A stretch of DNA of 58,580 bases from Candidatus Thorarchaeota archaeon (GTDB lineage Archaea; Asgardarchaeota; Thorarchaeia; Thorarchaeales; Thorarchaeaceae): the NCBI GenBank assembly GCA_048884785.1, contig JBHLQM010000007.1, positions 9,567 to 68,146 of the forward strand. Direction: 5' to 3'. This document shows positions 50,337-58,580 of the stretch, piece after piece (positions within the stretch are counted from its first letter, which is position 1; each line of letters begins with the position of its first letter). Both the position numbers and the translations under genes were made by a program. Below the pieces are notes generated by a model that had not been told where the DNA came from, did no database searches, and saw nothing but the letters and a program-made list of their open reading frames with translations.

Positions 50337-50726
50337 CTACAGTACTGGCTCAACCTTCCTCATCATATCCAAAAGGTCATACATTGAGAAAGGTTTCTGG
50401 ATGTAGGCACGGGCACCAGCAACCAATACCTGATTTCCGAAGTCTTCAACAATATCGGCAACTGCAATGATTGAAATCTTGGCATCTATATCCAAGATCT
50501 TCTCAATAATACGCATTCGCTCTCCTTCTGTCATCATGAAATCGAGCACAATGATACTTACTCTGTGTGAGCTACACATCGCAAGAAGTTCATCAGGGGT
50601 TTCAGGTTCACCGATTACATCATATCCGGCTTCCTCTACTGCCATTCTTACAAGTGACCTTAGCAAAGGAACATCGCCCGCAATTATGACTTTCAAGAGG
50701 TACACCTGTTCTTGAACATAAAGCAA
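50337..50726 (-). CDS. Atypical receiver domain (pseudo-receiver)
   Basis: 'IIAGD' instead of DD; LDF Asp and KPF kept; Ala at the Thr/Ser switch ('AVAD'); start possibly TTG 50696. Confidence 0.82.
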   Translation of the reverse strand: MLYVQEQVYLLKVIIAGDVPLLRSLVRMAVEEAGYDVIGEPETPDELLAMCSSHRVSIIVLDFMMTEGERMRIIEKILDIDAKISIIAVADIVEDFGNQVLVAGARAYIQKPFSMYDLLDMMRKVEPVL

Positions 50727-50742
50727 AAATCAAAAGCGTGAA

Positions 50743-51105
50743 CTAGGTTGAAACTGCCGATTCAACCAGGTCCAACATATGACGAATCGTTACTGGTTTG
50801 AGACCAAAGCTCACAGCACCATTCTTCATAGCCTGTTCACGGACATTCGCATCAGCACTGATGAATACAATTCTGGCGTTTGGTTCTATTGACAGAATCT
50901 CTTTCATCGCCTCAAGACCATCCTTATTCGGCATGCGATGATCCAATATTAGAACATCAGGTTTGGTATCCATAGACATATACTTCTGAATGGCTTCTTC
51001 ACCATCAAAAGCATCCGCGACGACCTCGTGCCCTTTTATCGAAAACACATCTTTGTATAATCGATGTAGAATGGGTTCATCGTCAATTATGAATATAGAC
51101 ACCAT
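50743..51105 (-). CDS. Stand-alone CheY-like receiver
   Basis: IIDD, LDHRMP, FISA, KPV. Confidence 0.93.
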   Translation of the reverse strand: MVSIFIIDDEPILHRLYKDVFSIKGHEVVADAFDGEEAIQKYMSMDTKPDVLILDHRMPNKDGLEAMKEILSIEPNARIVFISADANVREQAMKNGAVSFGLKPVTIRHMLDLVESAVST

Positions 51106-51971
51106 ATATCATGCCTACCTTATGAGCTACTCAACGTCTTTTGATTTCTGCTGTTAACTCTGTATTGAGCATTCTCTACTCATACATTCAGTTAAACTTA
51201 GCTTGTTTCAAACGCAGTGTTTCTATTTAGTTGTATGGTATAAAAATGAATATGGGATTCATATTACATTTGGGTTCTCTGCACCGATTCCGGATTCATC
51301 GCATATTCCTATTGCTACTTCCTATTTATTCCAAGATATTTTTGGTATTCCAACCTTTCGATTTTTCGACAACCATTTTTTTGTGTAACATTAATTATTA
51401 TACTAATTATTTATACAATATGCCACTATTATGTAATATTAATTCCTATGCATCGGCAATGTGTTGCATATATAATTATAGATTACAATTTTAACAAATA
51501 TAGGTTATATAATAATCAAATTTCTTCCCAGGTGTCATCCATATTCATATAAACAGCGTATTCGATAATTGAGTATGATTAGTCAATTCAAAACATGATC
51601 CCTTTGTATTTCATACTCATTTAGTGTGTACTACTACCTTTTTCCGAGGATAATCAGGGTTATTTGCATCAAATATTTACCCGAAGATATTATAACACGA
51701 TTACTGGGTATGGGAATGTATTCTGTTTTCTTGTGGATGCGATCATCCAATTAAGGGATTGATTAACCCAATGAACATAAAATATATAGATAATATTAAT
51801 AATTAATGGGAATTATAATAAAATGCATTATATGGTACCAAATTGTACCACAAAATGCATATCTACTTAACTTAAACGGATATCGTAATAAATGACAAAA
51901 TGCAAAACTGAGGGATAGAAATAATTAATATGACGAATGTTTGCATAAACATATATTAAAAATAAATTGAT
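51106..51971. other. AT-rich non-coding island (about 0.87 kb)
   Basis: 10/60 G+C in both 51361-51420 and 51781-51840; no credible ORF; longest gene-free stretch in the window. Confidence 0.8.
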
Positions 51972-52580
51972 CTATTTCGGTTTTTTTAATTGGAATTTGG
52001 CATCCTGTACCTTCCGATCAATTTCAGTCCTGAGTACTTGTACTTCCTTTCGTATAGCATCGAAACGTCGTTTCTTAGCAATTTCATCAGCATTCTCAGC
52101 TAGCGTTTCTGCCTTAGATGATATCTCCTCAAGACGTTCTTCACTCCATACATTGATATCGTCACTGTACAATTCATCCAATGAGTCAGATGTATCCCTA
52201 AGATCATCTAGGAGTAGCCTGGCTGTAGTTTCATCAAGAGTGTACTCAATTTCATCTCTCAGCTCAATAGAGTTTTCTGGACCAAAAACAATTAGCTGGG
52301 ACATATGTTCCGAAACACTCTGTAGCAACTTTGAAAGCTCATCTCGTGCATTCCTGAGTTCACCTTGTTCGAGGGAATGTTGTGCCTTTTGTCGCTCAGA
52401 GCGAATCCTTGCAAGCAAACCTTGACTTGCATGATCACCGTCCATCGCTTTTGCGTCTGCTTTACTAGCTGCAGTGGACGTATAGTTTTGTGCAAATCTA
52501 ATCAGGATGATAAACAGAATTGCTGCTAGTGCAATTCCTGCAAGAAGTATTAGTTGATAAAATACATCACCCTCTTGCAT
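51972..52580 (-). CDS. Membrane-anchored helical/coiled-coil protein
   Basis: N-terminal TM helix followed by a charged helical domain. Confidence 0.72.
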   Translation of the reverse strand: MQEGDVFYQLILLAGIALAAILFIILIRFAQNYTSTAASKADAKAMDGDHASQGLLARIRSERQKAQHSLEQGELRNARDELSKLLQSVSEHMSQLIVFGPENSIELRDEIEYTLDETTARLLLDDLRDTSDSLDELYSDDINVWSEERLEEISSKAETLAENADEIAKKRRFDAIRKEVQVLRTEIDRKVQDAKFQLKKPK

Positions 52581-52849
52581 TAGGAACCCCCTATGTAGGC
52601 CATTTCTTGGTCAAACATGTTTCTGTTTTTCAAGTAGTTGGCTAATAGGTGTACTCATACAAGTATTTCCTGAGTATTACAAGGTTCGAAATACAAACAA
52701 ATCTCCATATACGTGTACATCTAAGTTTCGATTCTCAGCGAAACCCGTTCTCTCCTCCTCCTCATCATTGAAACCTCCTCGAAAACTTTGACAACAAAAT
52801 TCAATGCGTTTACGATTACTCTGATACGTTTACTACCATGACTCCTTTC

Positions 52850-52955
52850 GAGAAGGCGTGTACTGGCACTGACATAGAGGGTCCGTAGGGGATTCTGGAC
52901 CCTGTGGGCGTCTAGAAGGTCCTCTGTGGGTACACGCTTCTCTCTTCTTTTTTTT
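52850..52955 (+). ncRNA. Candidate structured RNA (long interrupted hairpin plus oligo-T)
   Basis: Nested helices 52850-52863/52930-52942, 52873-52881/52920-52928 and 52893-52900/52910-52917, with G-U pairs; T-tract follows. Confidence 0.5.
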
Positions 52956-53046
52956 GACCCTAATTAACGTGAGTACCTAGTCGTATGTATGTTTGGCTGT
53001 TGGCAGAGTTGGCAACTTATAAGAAGCTGCCACCAAATCATAAGCC

Positions 53047-54303
53047 ATGCAACCTGAAATCTTAGATGATGGTCTTATAATGCGCAATGCATCTGTTGAA
53101 GACATGCCATCACTATTAGATCATTTCCGAACCGTACATGGTGCTGGAGTAGAAGCTCAACTCACAGCAATGCTCGAGAAATACCCTAGGTTCTCCTGGG
53201 AAGATAGTTTCATAATCGCAGACCAGAACTCTGGAGAAGTTGTTTCCTGCATCTTGCTTTTGCAGAACTCATGGATTCTCGACGGTGTTGAAGTCCCTTC
53301 GGTCGAAATGGAAGCAGTAGGAACTTTGAAAGCATACCGGTATAGAGGACACATTCGTCTTCTCAATCAAGAATTCGAAAAACGAGCCGCGCAACTAAAT
53401 CCAGCGATTCAGGCTATAGCAGGGATCCCCTTTTTCTACCGTGAATTTGGCTATGAATATGCAGCGAACCTTGGTGGAGGCTATCCCATTAATCCCAATC
53501 TCATTCCGAACCTGAAAGATGGTGAGGAGGAATCTGTCACATTCAATCTGGTGACCTCTAAGAACTTTAAGGAGTTCCTAAGTTACCGGGAGAAACATAT
53601 ACCCTCGAAGACGTGGACTAGAAAGATACGGCCTGAGGATGCATCCTACCTAATTTACGAAACGACCTCTCTTGAGCAAGAGGCATTTTTCTTCTATCTC
53701 GTAAAGGAGAAAGGAAAGACTGTCGGTGTTTTCATTCTTTCACGATGGACAAATAGACTTGATATCGTAGAGCTCTATTTAGAAAACCATCTATTTGCAG
53801 ATGCTGTAATGAGATTCGCCTTGGCAAAAGCTCATGAATGGGATGGGATGACCGTCAGGATGCCACCGCCAAATCAGAAACAGGTCAGAGAGTTTGTGAG
53901 CGCCCGTAATCAGGTTATCACTATTCCTAGATATGCATGGTGTATCAAAATTCCATCCATTCCGCGTTTCATCGAAACCATAGGACCCCTCCTCTCTAAT
54001 CGACTGAGTGATACCGAGTTTCGAGGATTCACTGGAGAATTAGCGGTGACGACCTACAAACAGGGGTATTCAATCAAATTTGAGAATGGAGCATTTCAGT
54101 CAATTACCGAGAGAGGAGAGAAGGACCCGGGGGAATACAACCTCCGGATACCGAAAGGTTCCCTTACAAGATTGCTAATGGGGTACGAAACCCTTGACGA
54201 GCTAATGAAACACGAACCGGATGTATACTGCGCATCAGTATCGCGCCCAATTGTCAGAAATCTGTTTCCACGTTTCGACGCCGTAGTTGATCCCTATTAT
54301 TAA
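53047..54303 (+). CDS. Eis-like GNAT acetyltransferase with C-terminal SCP2-like domain
   Basis: 'VGT..AYRYRG', 'GIPFFYREFGYEYA', 'LTRLLMGY'. Confidence 0.85.
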   Translation: MQPEILDDGLIMRNASVEDMPSLLDHFRTVHGAGVEAQLTAMLEKYPRFSWEDSFIIADQNSGEVVSCILLLQNSWILDGVEVPSVEMEAVGTLKAYRYRGHIRLLNQEFEKRAAQLNPAIQAIAGIPFFYREFGYEYAANLGGGYPINPNLIPNLKDGEEESVTFNLVTSKNFKEFLSYREKHIPSKTWTRKIRPEDASYLIYETTSLEQEAFFFYLVKEKGKTVGVFILSRWTNRLDIVELYLENHLFADAVMRFALAKAHEWDGMTVRMPPPNQKQVREFVSARNQVITIPRYAWCIKIPSIPRFIETIGPLLSNRLSDTEFRGFTGELAVTTYKQGYSIKFENGAFQSITERGEKDPGEYNLRIPKGSLTRLLMGYETLDELMKHEPDVYCASVSRPIVRNLFPRFDAVVDPYY

Positions 54304-54361
54304 TGGCGGAAATTATCTAGTTGCGCCGTAGTGTAGTTCTATATAGAATTACACTATCTCT

Positions 54362-55540
54362 TTGATATTCCACAAGAGGCCAGGAGTGGTCGTTTTGAAA
54401 ATTCGCAGCATTCTAGTTGTGGTCGCAATAATTACTCTGATAATGCAGATAGGGCTAATATCTGATTCGCAGTATGTGCAGGCTCAAACGACAGTCAAAC
54501 CAGAGGCAAGAGGTGCTCATTCAATGGCGTTTGACCCGTACAATAATGTGGCTATTATTTTTGGGGGATTCTCCTTGACAGGTGGTTGGCGGTCTCTCAG
54601 TGACACATGGACATATTCATACTCAGAGAATTCATGGACTGAACTTGTGTTGACACCTTCACCGTCAGCACGGTCAAATCATGCAATGGTCTATTGCAGT
54701 GAAACAAACGAGGTCATTCTCTATGGAGGACAGGGAGCAGCAAATCCTACAGATACATGGTCATTTGCCTGCGACACTCAGACATGGTCTCAAGTTGCGA
54801 CCTCAGTCAATCCTGGAGTCCATCACTCTCTCGCCTTGGCATATGATCCACAGGAGAATGCTGTGATTCTCTTTGGGGGATTCGGAGATGATGGGCTAGA
54901 GCGAGATGACACATGGAAGTTCGATTGTGATACAAGAGAGTGGTCTGAGCTTTCTCCAGCCGAGGTCCCACTTGCACGCTATGGGCATGTTATGGTCTAT
55001 GACGATTCAATCAATAAGATTGTCATGACATCTGGAAACACCGCATCCCAAGGACATCAGGACGACACCTGGATTTTTGATACATCCACAAGCAATTGGA
55101 CCCAGCTTACGCCAACAGGAAACCCAGATCATTTGAAATGGCCCTCAATGACATATGACTCAACAAATAAGAAATGCATTTTATTCGGGGGACAGATTGG
55201 TGATAATTCTGTCGACCGTACTTGGATATATGATGGTCTACAGAATACCTGGCAACGACGTTATCCATCTGAATCGCCTGAGGACAGGATAAACACAGGT
55301 CTTGCATTCGATTCGACCAACAATGTCACCATCCTTTTCGGAGGGATTGTCATCGATGGAGCCCAGTTTGACGACACATGGGTCTATTCATACGAAGATA
55401 ATGTATGGACTGAGATGGAGGTGGGTTCCGGTGCAACGACCTCCAATGGCGCCGGTTTTGATTCATTTCTGATTTTGGTGGCTGTGCCTGTCATTATTTC
55501 AGCAGTCATCATAGTTATCATATTGCGGAGAAGGAGATGA
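54362..55540 (+). CDS. Membrane-anchored extracellular Kelch-repeat protein
   Basis: Six repeats P.AR..H.M.YD...ILFGG...DTW.Y...W; signal peptide; C-terminal TM plus RRRR; start possibly TTG 54395. Confidence 0.88.
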   Translation: MIFHKRPGVVVLKIRSILVVVAIITLIMQIGLISDSQYVQAQTTVKPEARGAHSMAFDPYNNVAIIFGGFSLTGGWRSLSDTWTYSYSENSWTELVLTPSPSARSNHAMVYCSETNEVILYGGQGAANPTDTWSFACDTQTWSQVATSVNPGVHHSLALAYDPQENAVILFGGFGDDGLERDDTWKFDCDTREWSELSPAEVPLARYGHVMVYDDSINKIVMTSGNTASQGHQDDTWIFDTSTSNWTQLTPTGNPDHLKWPSMTYDSTNKKCILFGGQIGDNSVDRTWIYDGLQNTWQRRYPSESPEDRINTGLAFDSTNNVTILFGGIVIDGAQFDDTWVYSYEDNVWTEMEVGSGATTSNGAGFDSFLILVAVPVIISAVIIVIILRRRR

Positions 55541-55632
55541 GACCTGGAAGTCATGTTATAGATTTCCAATCACTTGTAATAGGAAATGTGCGGTTAATAT
55601 ACCCATACGCTTGACAAATATTGGGAGTTGTA

Positions 55633-57237
55633 ATGGAGAAGGCAACAATTGTAGATTCTGCTACAAAAAGGCGATATGCCGAATTAGAGAAACAAGCTGA
55701 TGAATTCATCAAGACTGACGGCTGGGAAGCATTCATGTCCAGCCTTAGGCATGTTCGTCCTGAAGGAAAAGCACGGGATGCTGTAGTTGAGCTCCTGCAG
55801 CTGCATGCTGTAGGCGGAACGGACTCTGATATTTTCAGAGAGTTCGGAACTCTTGAGGGCAACGATCTCCACCAAATTAGAGCGAATGCGGCTGACCATG
55901 CAATCATCATCCTTAAGGATCAGATTTCGAGCAAACATACCTATTTTCTAGATATTGAAGCCATGACAATGACTCCCTATGTGGTTCTGGTTAAGGATGT
56001 CATTGAAGCGCGCAAACGAGAAATTGAGCAGCTGAAGCAAAATCCATCGCGAATCGATGTGCTTGGTACGTACTATGGTTTCCAGATTCTTATGACTGAT
56101 AACTCAATGCCATTCGAGTCTCCAAATACATATGGATATCGTCGCTGGCGGCGCACGACTTGGTTGAACGGAGCAATAACAGAAACTGCAGCCAATGCTA
56201 TAAAAAATCTGACATCAGAGCTTTCAAATGAAGTCGACATGGACATGACATATAAAACTCTTCAACGCAGTTCCATCTTTAGGAACAGATGTACTCAAGG
56301 AACTGCAGACATTCTTGCTAATGCAGTACGTGTTTCTCTCTACAAGGTCCCAGGAAACCGGTCAAGTGCAGCCAGTGCCCTTGGTCATACAGGAGACTCA
56401 AGGGTGCTGCCTTTTCTGCATCATCGGTTGCCACTTGAACAGAGCAGGTATGTCAGGATTTCAATAGCTAGAGCCCTCGGGACAGTAGGACATGAGTCAT
56501 CCATTGAAGTCCTAAAGGAGCGGGCCATAGTTAATCGTCGCTATATGTCCAAAGAGGCGGAAGCTATGATTGATGCGATTGGCAGAATCTACTCTCCGCA
56601 GTGTAATGAAATCCTCACCGAGCTATTGAAACATGACGGTAATACAATAAAAGCAGCAGTGATTCAAGCGCTTTCAAAGCAGGATTCACCAAACGTCGTT
56701 GAATTGATCTCACCGTATCTTGTTCATAGAAGCAAACCAGTTGTGAGAGCAAGCGTATTTGCATTATCCGAATTAGGAAATGCTGGCACTGAAGCTATTA
56801 TAGCAAAGGCAACCAATGTGATCAAGAAAATTGGCTATGATAGACTATCTATAAACGCGTTCAGGAAGTTGCTGGAAATTTCTGCCATTGCTGAAATGCC
56901 AGAGGTTCATCAATACTTTGCAGGAAGGGTTGAAAAACTTGGCAAAGAACTCAAGAGAATGCGGAACTCTGTCAATAACAGCTTTGGCTACTACTGGAGA
57001 AGATGGGAAGCGAGGGTTAGAACAAGGCTAGTTGAATACTGTAAATTGGCTTCAACCCATCTTAGACCCCCATTCCATTCAGATCTTATCAACTCAATGA
57101 AGTCAGTTTTCAAAGAGCAACCTGATCTCATCAATATGACAAACACGCTAGGACAAACTCCCCTGATACGAGCCATAAATGGGAATCCGGTAATGGAAGA
57201 CAAGTTTGAGCAGACATACCTGCCTTCCTTTGGATAA
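55633..57237 (+). CDS. HEAT-repeat (PBS-lyase-like) protein
   Basis: 'RSSAASALGHTGDSRVLPFL', 'VRISIARALG', 'VVRASVFALSELG'. Confidence 0.8.
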   Translation: MEKATIVDSATKRRYAELEKQADEFIKTDGWEAFMSSLRHVRPEGKARDAVVELLQLHAVGGTDSDIFREFGTLEGNDLHQIRANAADHAIIILKDQISSKHTYFLDIEAMTMTPYVVLVKDVIEARKREIEQLKQNPSRIDVLGTYYGFQILMTDNSMPFESPNTYGYRRWRRTTWLNGAITETAANAIKNLTSELSNEVDMDMTYKTLQRSSIFRNRCTQGTADILANAVRVSLYKVPGNRSSAASALGHTGDSRVLPFLHHRLPLEQSRYVRISIARALGTVGHESSIEVLKERAIVNRRYMSKEAEAMIDAIGRIYSPQCNEILTELLKHDGNTIKAAVIQALSKQDSPNVVELISPYLVHRSKPVVRASVFALSELGNAGTEAIIAKATNVIKKIGYDRLSINAFRKLLEISAIAEMPEVHQYFAGRVEKLGKELKRMRNSVNNSFGYYWRRWEARVRTRLVEYCKLASTHLRPPFHSDLINSMKSVFKEQPDLINMTNTLGQTPLIRAINGNPVMEDKFEQTYLPSFG

Positions 57238-57331
57238 TTGGGGACCTGGTACCAACATTGGCGTGTTTATTGGTTACAGCAGAGTTGGACAAGCGGTCAG
57301 TTGGAAAGGCACTTAACAACTCGTTGCTTCC

Positions 57332-58132
57332 ATGATTATGACAAAAATGAAATCAACCAGAGAAATTCTTCAGGACTTACATGAAGGCAAGATATCAGTC
57401 GAAGAGGCCGAATCCAAACTTCGAATTCTTGCATTGGCTGATGTGGGAGGGATTGGCCAGCTGGATTTGAATAGGCAGGATCGAAGTGGGGTTCCTGAAG
57501 TAGTTCTTGCTGAAACGAAGAACACAGAAACTCTTTCAAAGATAGTTGGCACTCTTGTACAAGAGAGAGATGTTGCGCTGCTAACCAGAGTTAGCTCTGA
57601 TAAGCTATCCATTCTAAGGCAAGAATTCGGGGACTATGTGTTTGATGTTACAGGATATGATAACCACCTAACCGTTCTCGTACACAAGAAAGGGTGGAAT
57701 AGTCCTCCCCATGAGGGAAAAATTGCTATAATGACGGCTGGTACTTCCGATATTGCCTTTGCGGCTGAGGCAGAGGCAATTGCCCTGATAATGGGTGTGA
57801 AAGCAATATCATTCTATGATGTTGGTGTTGCAGGTATGCACCGACTCATTGAACCGGTAAAGAAGATTCTAGAAGAAGATGTTAGTGCATTAGTTGTTTT
57901 CGCTGGAATGGAGGGTGCACTGCCAACATTGCTAGCTTCTCTGGTCAATATTCCAGTGATCGGTGTTCCGGTTCCAACAGGCTATGGTCATGGAGGAAAT
58001 GGAGAAACTGCTCTCTCTTCTATGCTTCAGTCTTGTGCACCTGGGCTAGCTGTTGTTAATATTGGCAATGGACTGGGAGCTGGAGCTATTGCATGCCTTA
58101 TAGCCAAGCAGTGTGCGAGAAAGTCCAATTAG
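57332..58132 (+). CDS. larB: Nickel pincer cofactor biosynthesis protein LarB
   Basis: 'G.PEVV...K', AGTSD, DVGVAG.HRL, AGMEGAL, VIGVP...GYG, MLQSC, VVNI.NG. Confidence 0.92.
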   Translation: MIMTKMKSTREILQDLHEGKISVEEAESKLRILALADVGGIGQLDLNRQDRSGVPEVVLAETKNTETLSKIVGTLVQERDVALLTRVSSDKLSILRQEFGDYVFDVTGYDNHLTVLVHKKGWNSPPHEGKIAIMTAGTSDIAFAAEAEAIALIMGVKAISFYDVGVAGMHRLIEPVKKILEEDVSALVVFAGMEGALPTLLASLVNIPVIGVPVPTGYGHGGNGETALSSMLQSCAPGLAVVNIGNGLGAGAIACLIAKQCARKSN

Positions 58133-58183
58133 GCCAGCCTGAGAGAAGATTATTAGGCCAGTTAATTTGCGTTTTCCATTGAG

Positions 58184-58580
58184 ATGAGCCCAGACACAGA
58201 TGTTGTTATTATTGGAGCAGGACCAGCTGGTCTTACAGCGGCCAAGGAATTGGCAAATAATGATGTAGATTTTACCCTGCTGTCGAGAGAAAACAGCCCA
58301 TGTGAACGCAAAGTATGTGGCGGCTTTGTCCCAATTCGTGCACTCAGGGAATTCGAACTTCAAGGTATCCCTGAGTCTTTTAATATACGGTCCATACGAC
58401 TGAAATTCCCTGGCTATCCACGCGTTCAGGTTGATTTTGACGACTCCGTTGGCATCAACGTGACTAGGAAAGCTTTGGGACTGGCAATGCTGAAGAGAAT
58501 TCCAGGCTACAAAGATAGAATTCGTATGAACTCAAATGCCAATTGGATCAGTATTAACAGGGAAAATGCTTCGATCAAGT
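58184..58580 (+). CDS. Geranylgeranyl reductase-family FAD oxidoreductase (truncated by window end)
   Basis: MSPDTDVVIIGAGPAG...KVCGG; runs off the window, so absent from the ORF track. Confidence 0.8.
   Translation, partial: MSPDTDVVIIGAGPAGLTAAKELANNDVDFTLLSRENSPCERKVCGGFVPIRALREFELQGIPESFNIRSIRLKFPGYPRVQVDFDDSVGINVTRKALGLAMLKRIPGYKDRIRMNSNANWISINRENASIK

Noticed and set aside
51203-51494. Two short + strand ORFs in the AT-rich island
   Set aside because: Composition (I/F/Y/N-rich) typical of spurious AT-rich frames; no recognisable motif.
52718-52838. Minus-strand mini-ORFs with SD-like motifs (MVVNVSE; MMRRRRERVSLRIET)
   Set aside because: Too short and not hydrophobic, so there is no support for a type I toxin or leader peptide.
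52850-52955. tRNA, 5S rRNA, SECIS or hammerhead identity for the hairpin
   Set aside because: No cloverleaf, 5S motif, tandem G-A core or CUGANGA/GAAA core was recognised; kept only as an unassigned RNA candidate.
1-58580. CRISPR arrays, transposases, integrases, reverse transcriptases, tRNA/rRNA, selenoprotein TGA read-through
   Set aside because: None recognised by eye; no family-assigned ORF appears cut by an internal TGA. Dedicated scans were not run.
1-58580. Numerous overlapping antisense or alternate-frame ORFs in the track (e.g. 19605-20135, 43116-43607, 51967-52425)
   Set aside because: They are shadows of better-supported genes and carry no motifs.

Overview
Densely coding chromosomal segment of an archaeon, most plausibly an Asgard archaeon of the Thorarchaeia type. 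This is inferred from a profilin-like gene, two tandem Rab-like small GTPases, geranylgeranyl reductases, a LipS2-type radical SAM gene with split lipoate ligase, and TPR/Kelch/HEAT proteins. Housekeeping content includes pstSCAB-phoU with a divergent Na/Pi cotransporter, agmatinase, AbfD-like dehydratase, PfkA, CorA, pcp, LarB and an orphan amino-methyltransferase. The best candidate for an undescribed system is a roughly 6 kb signalling cluster (45258-51105). It holds three KaiC/GvpD-like RecA-fold proteins, three stand-alone receiver domains (one a pseudo-receiver) and a Cys-tailed TPR protein, with no histidine kinase. Next to it lie an AT-rich non-coding island and a GC-rich long-hairpin RNA candidate. 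No rRNA, tRNA, CRISPR array or intact mobile element was recognised. All family calls come from motif reading by eye; no database search was run.
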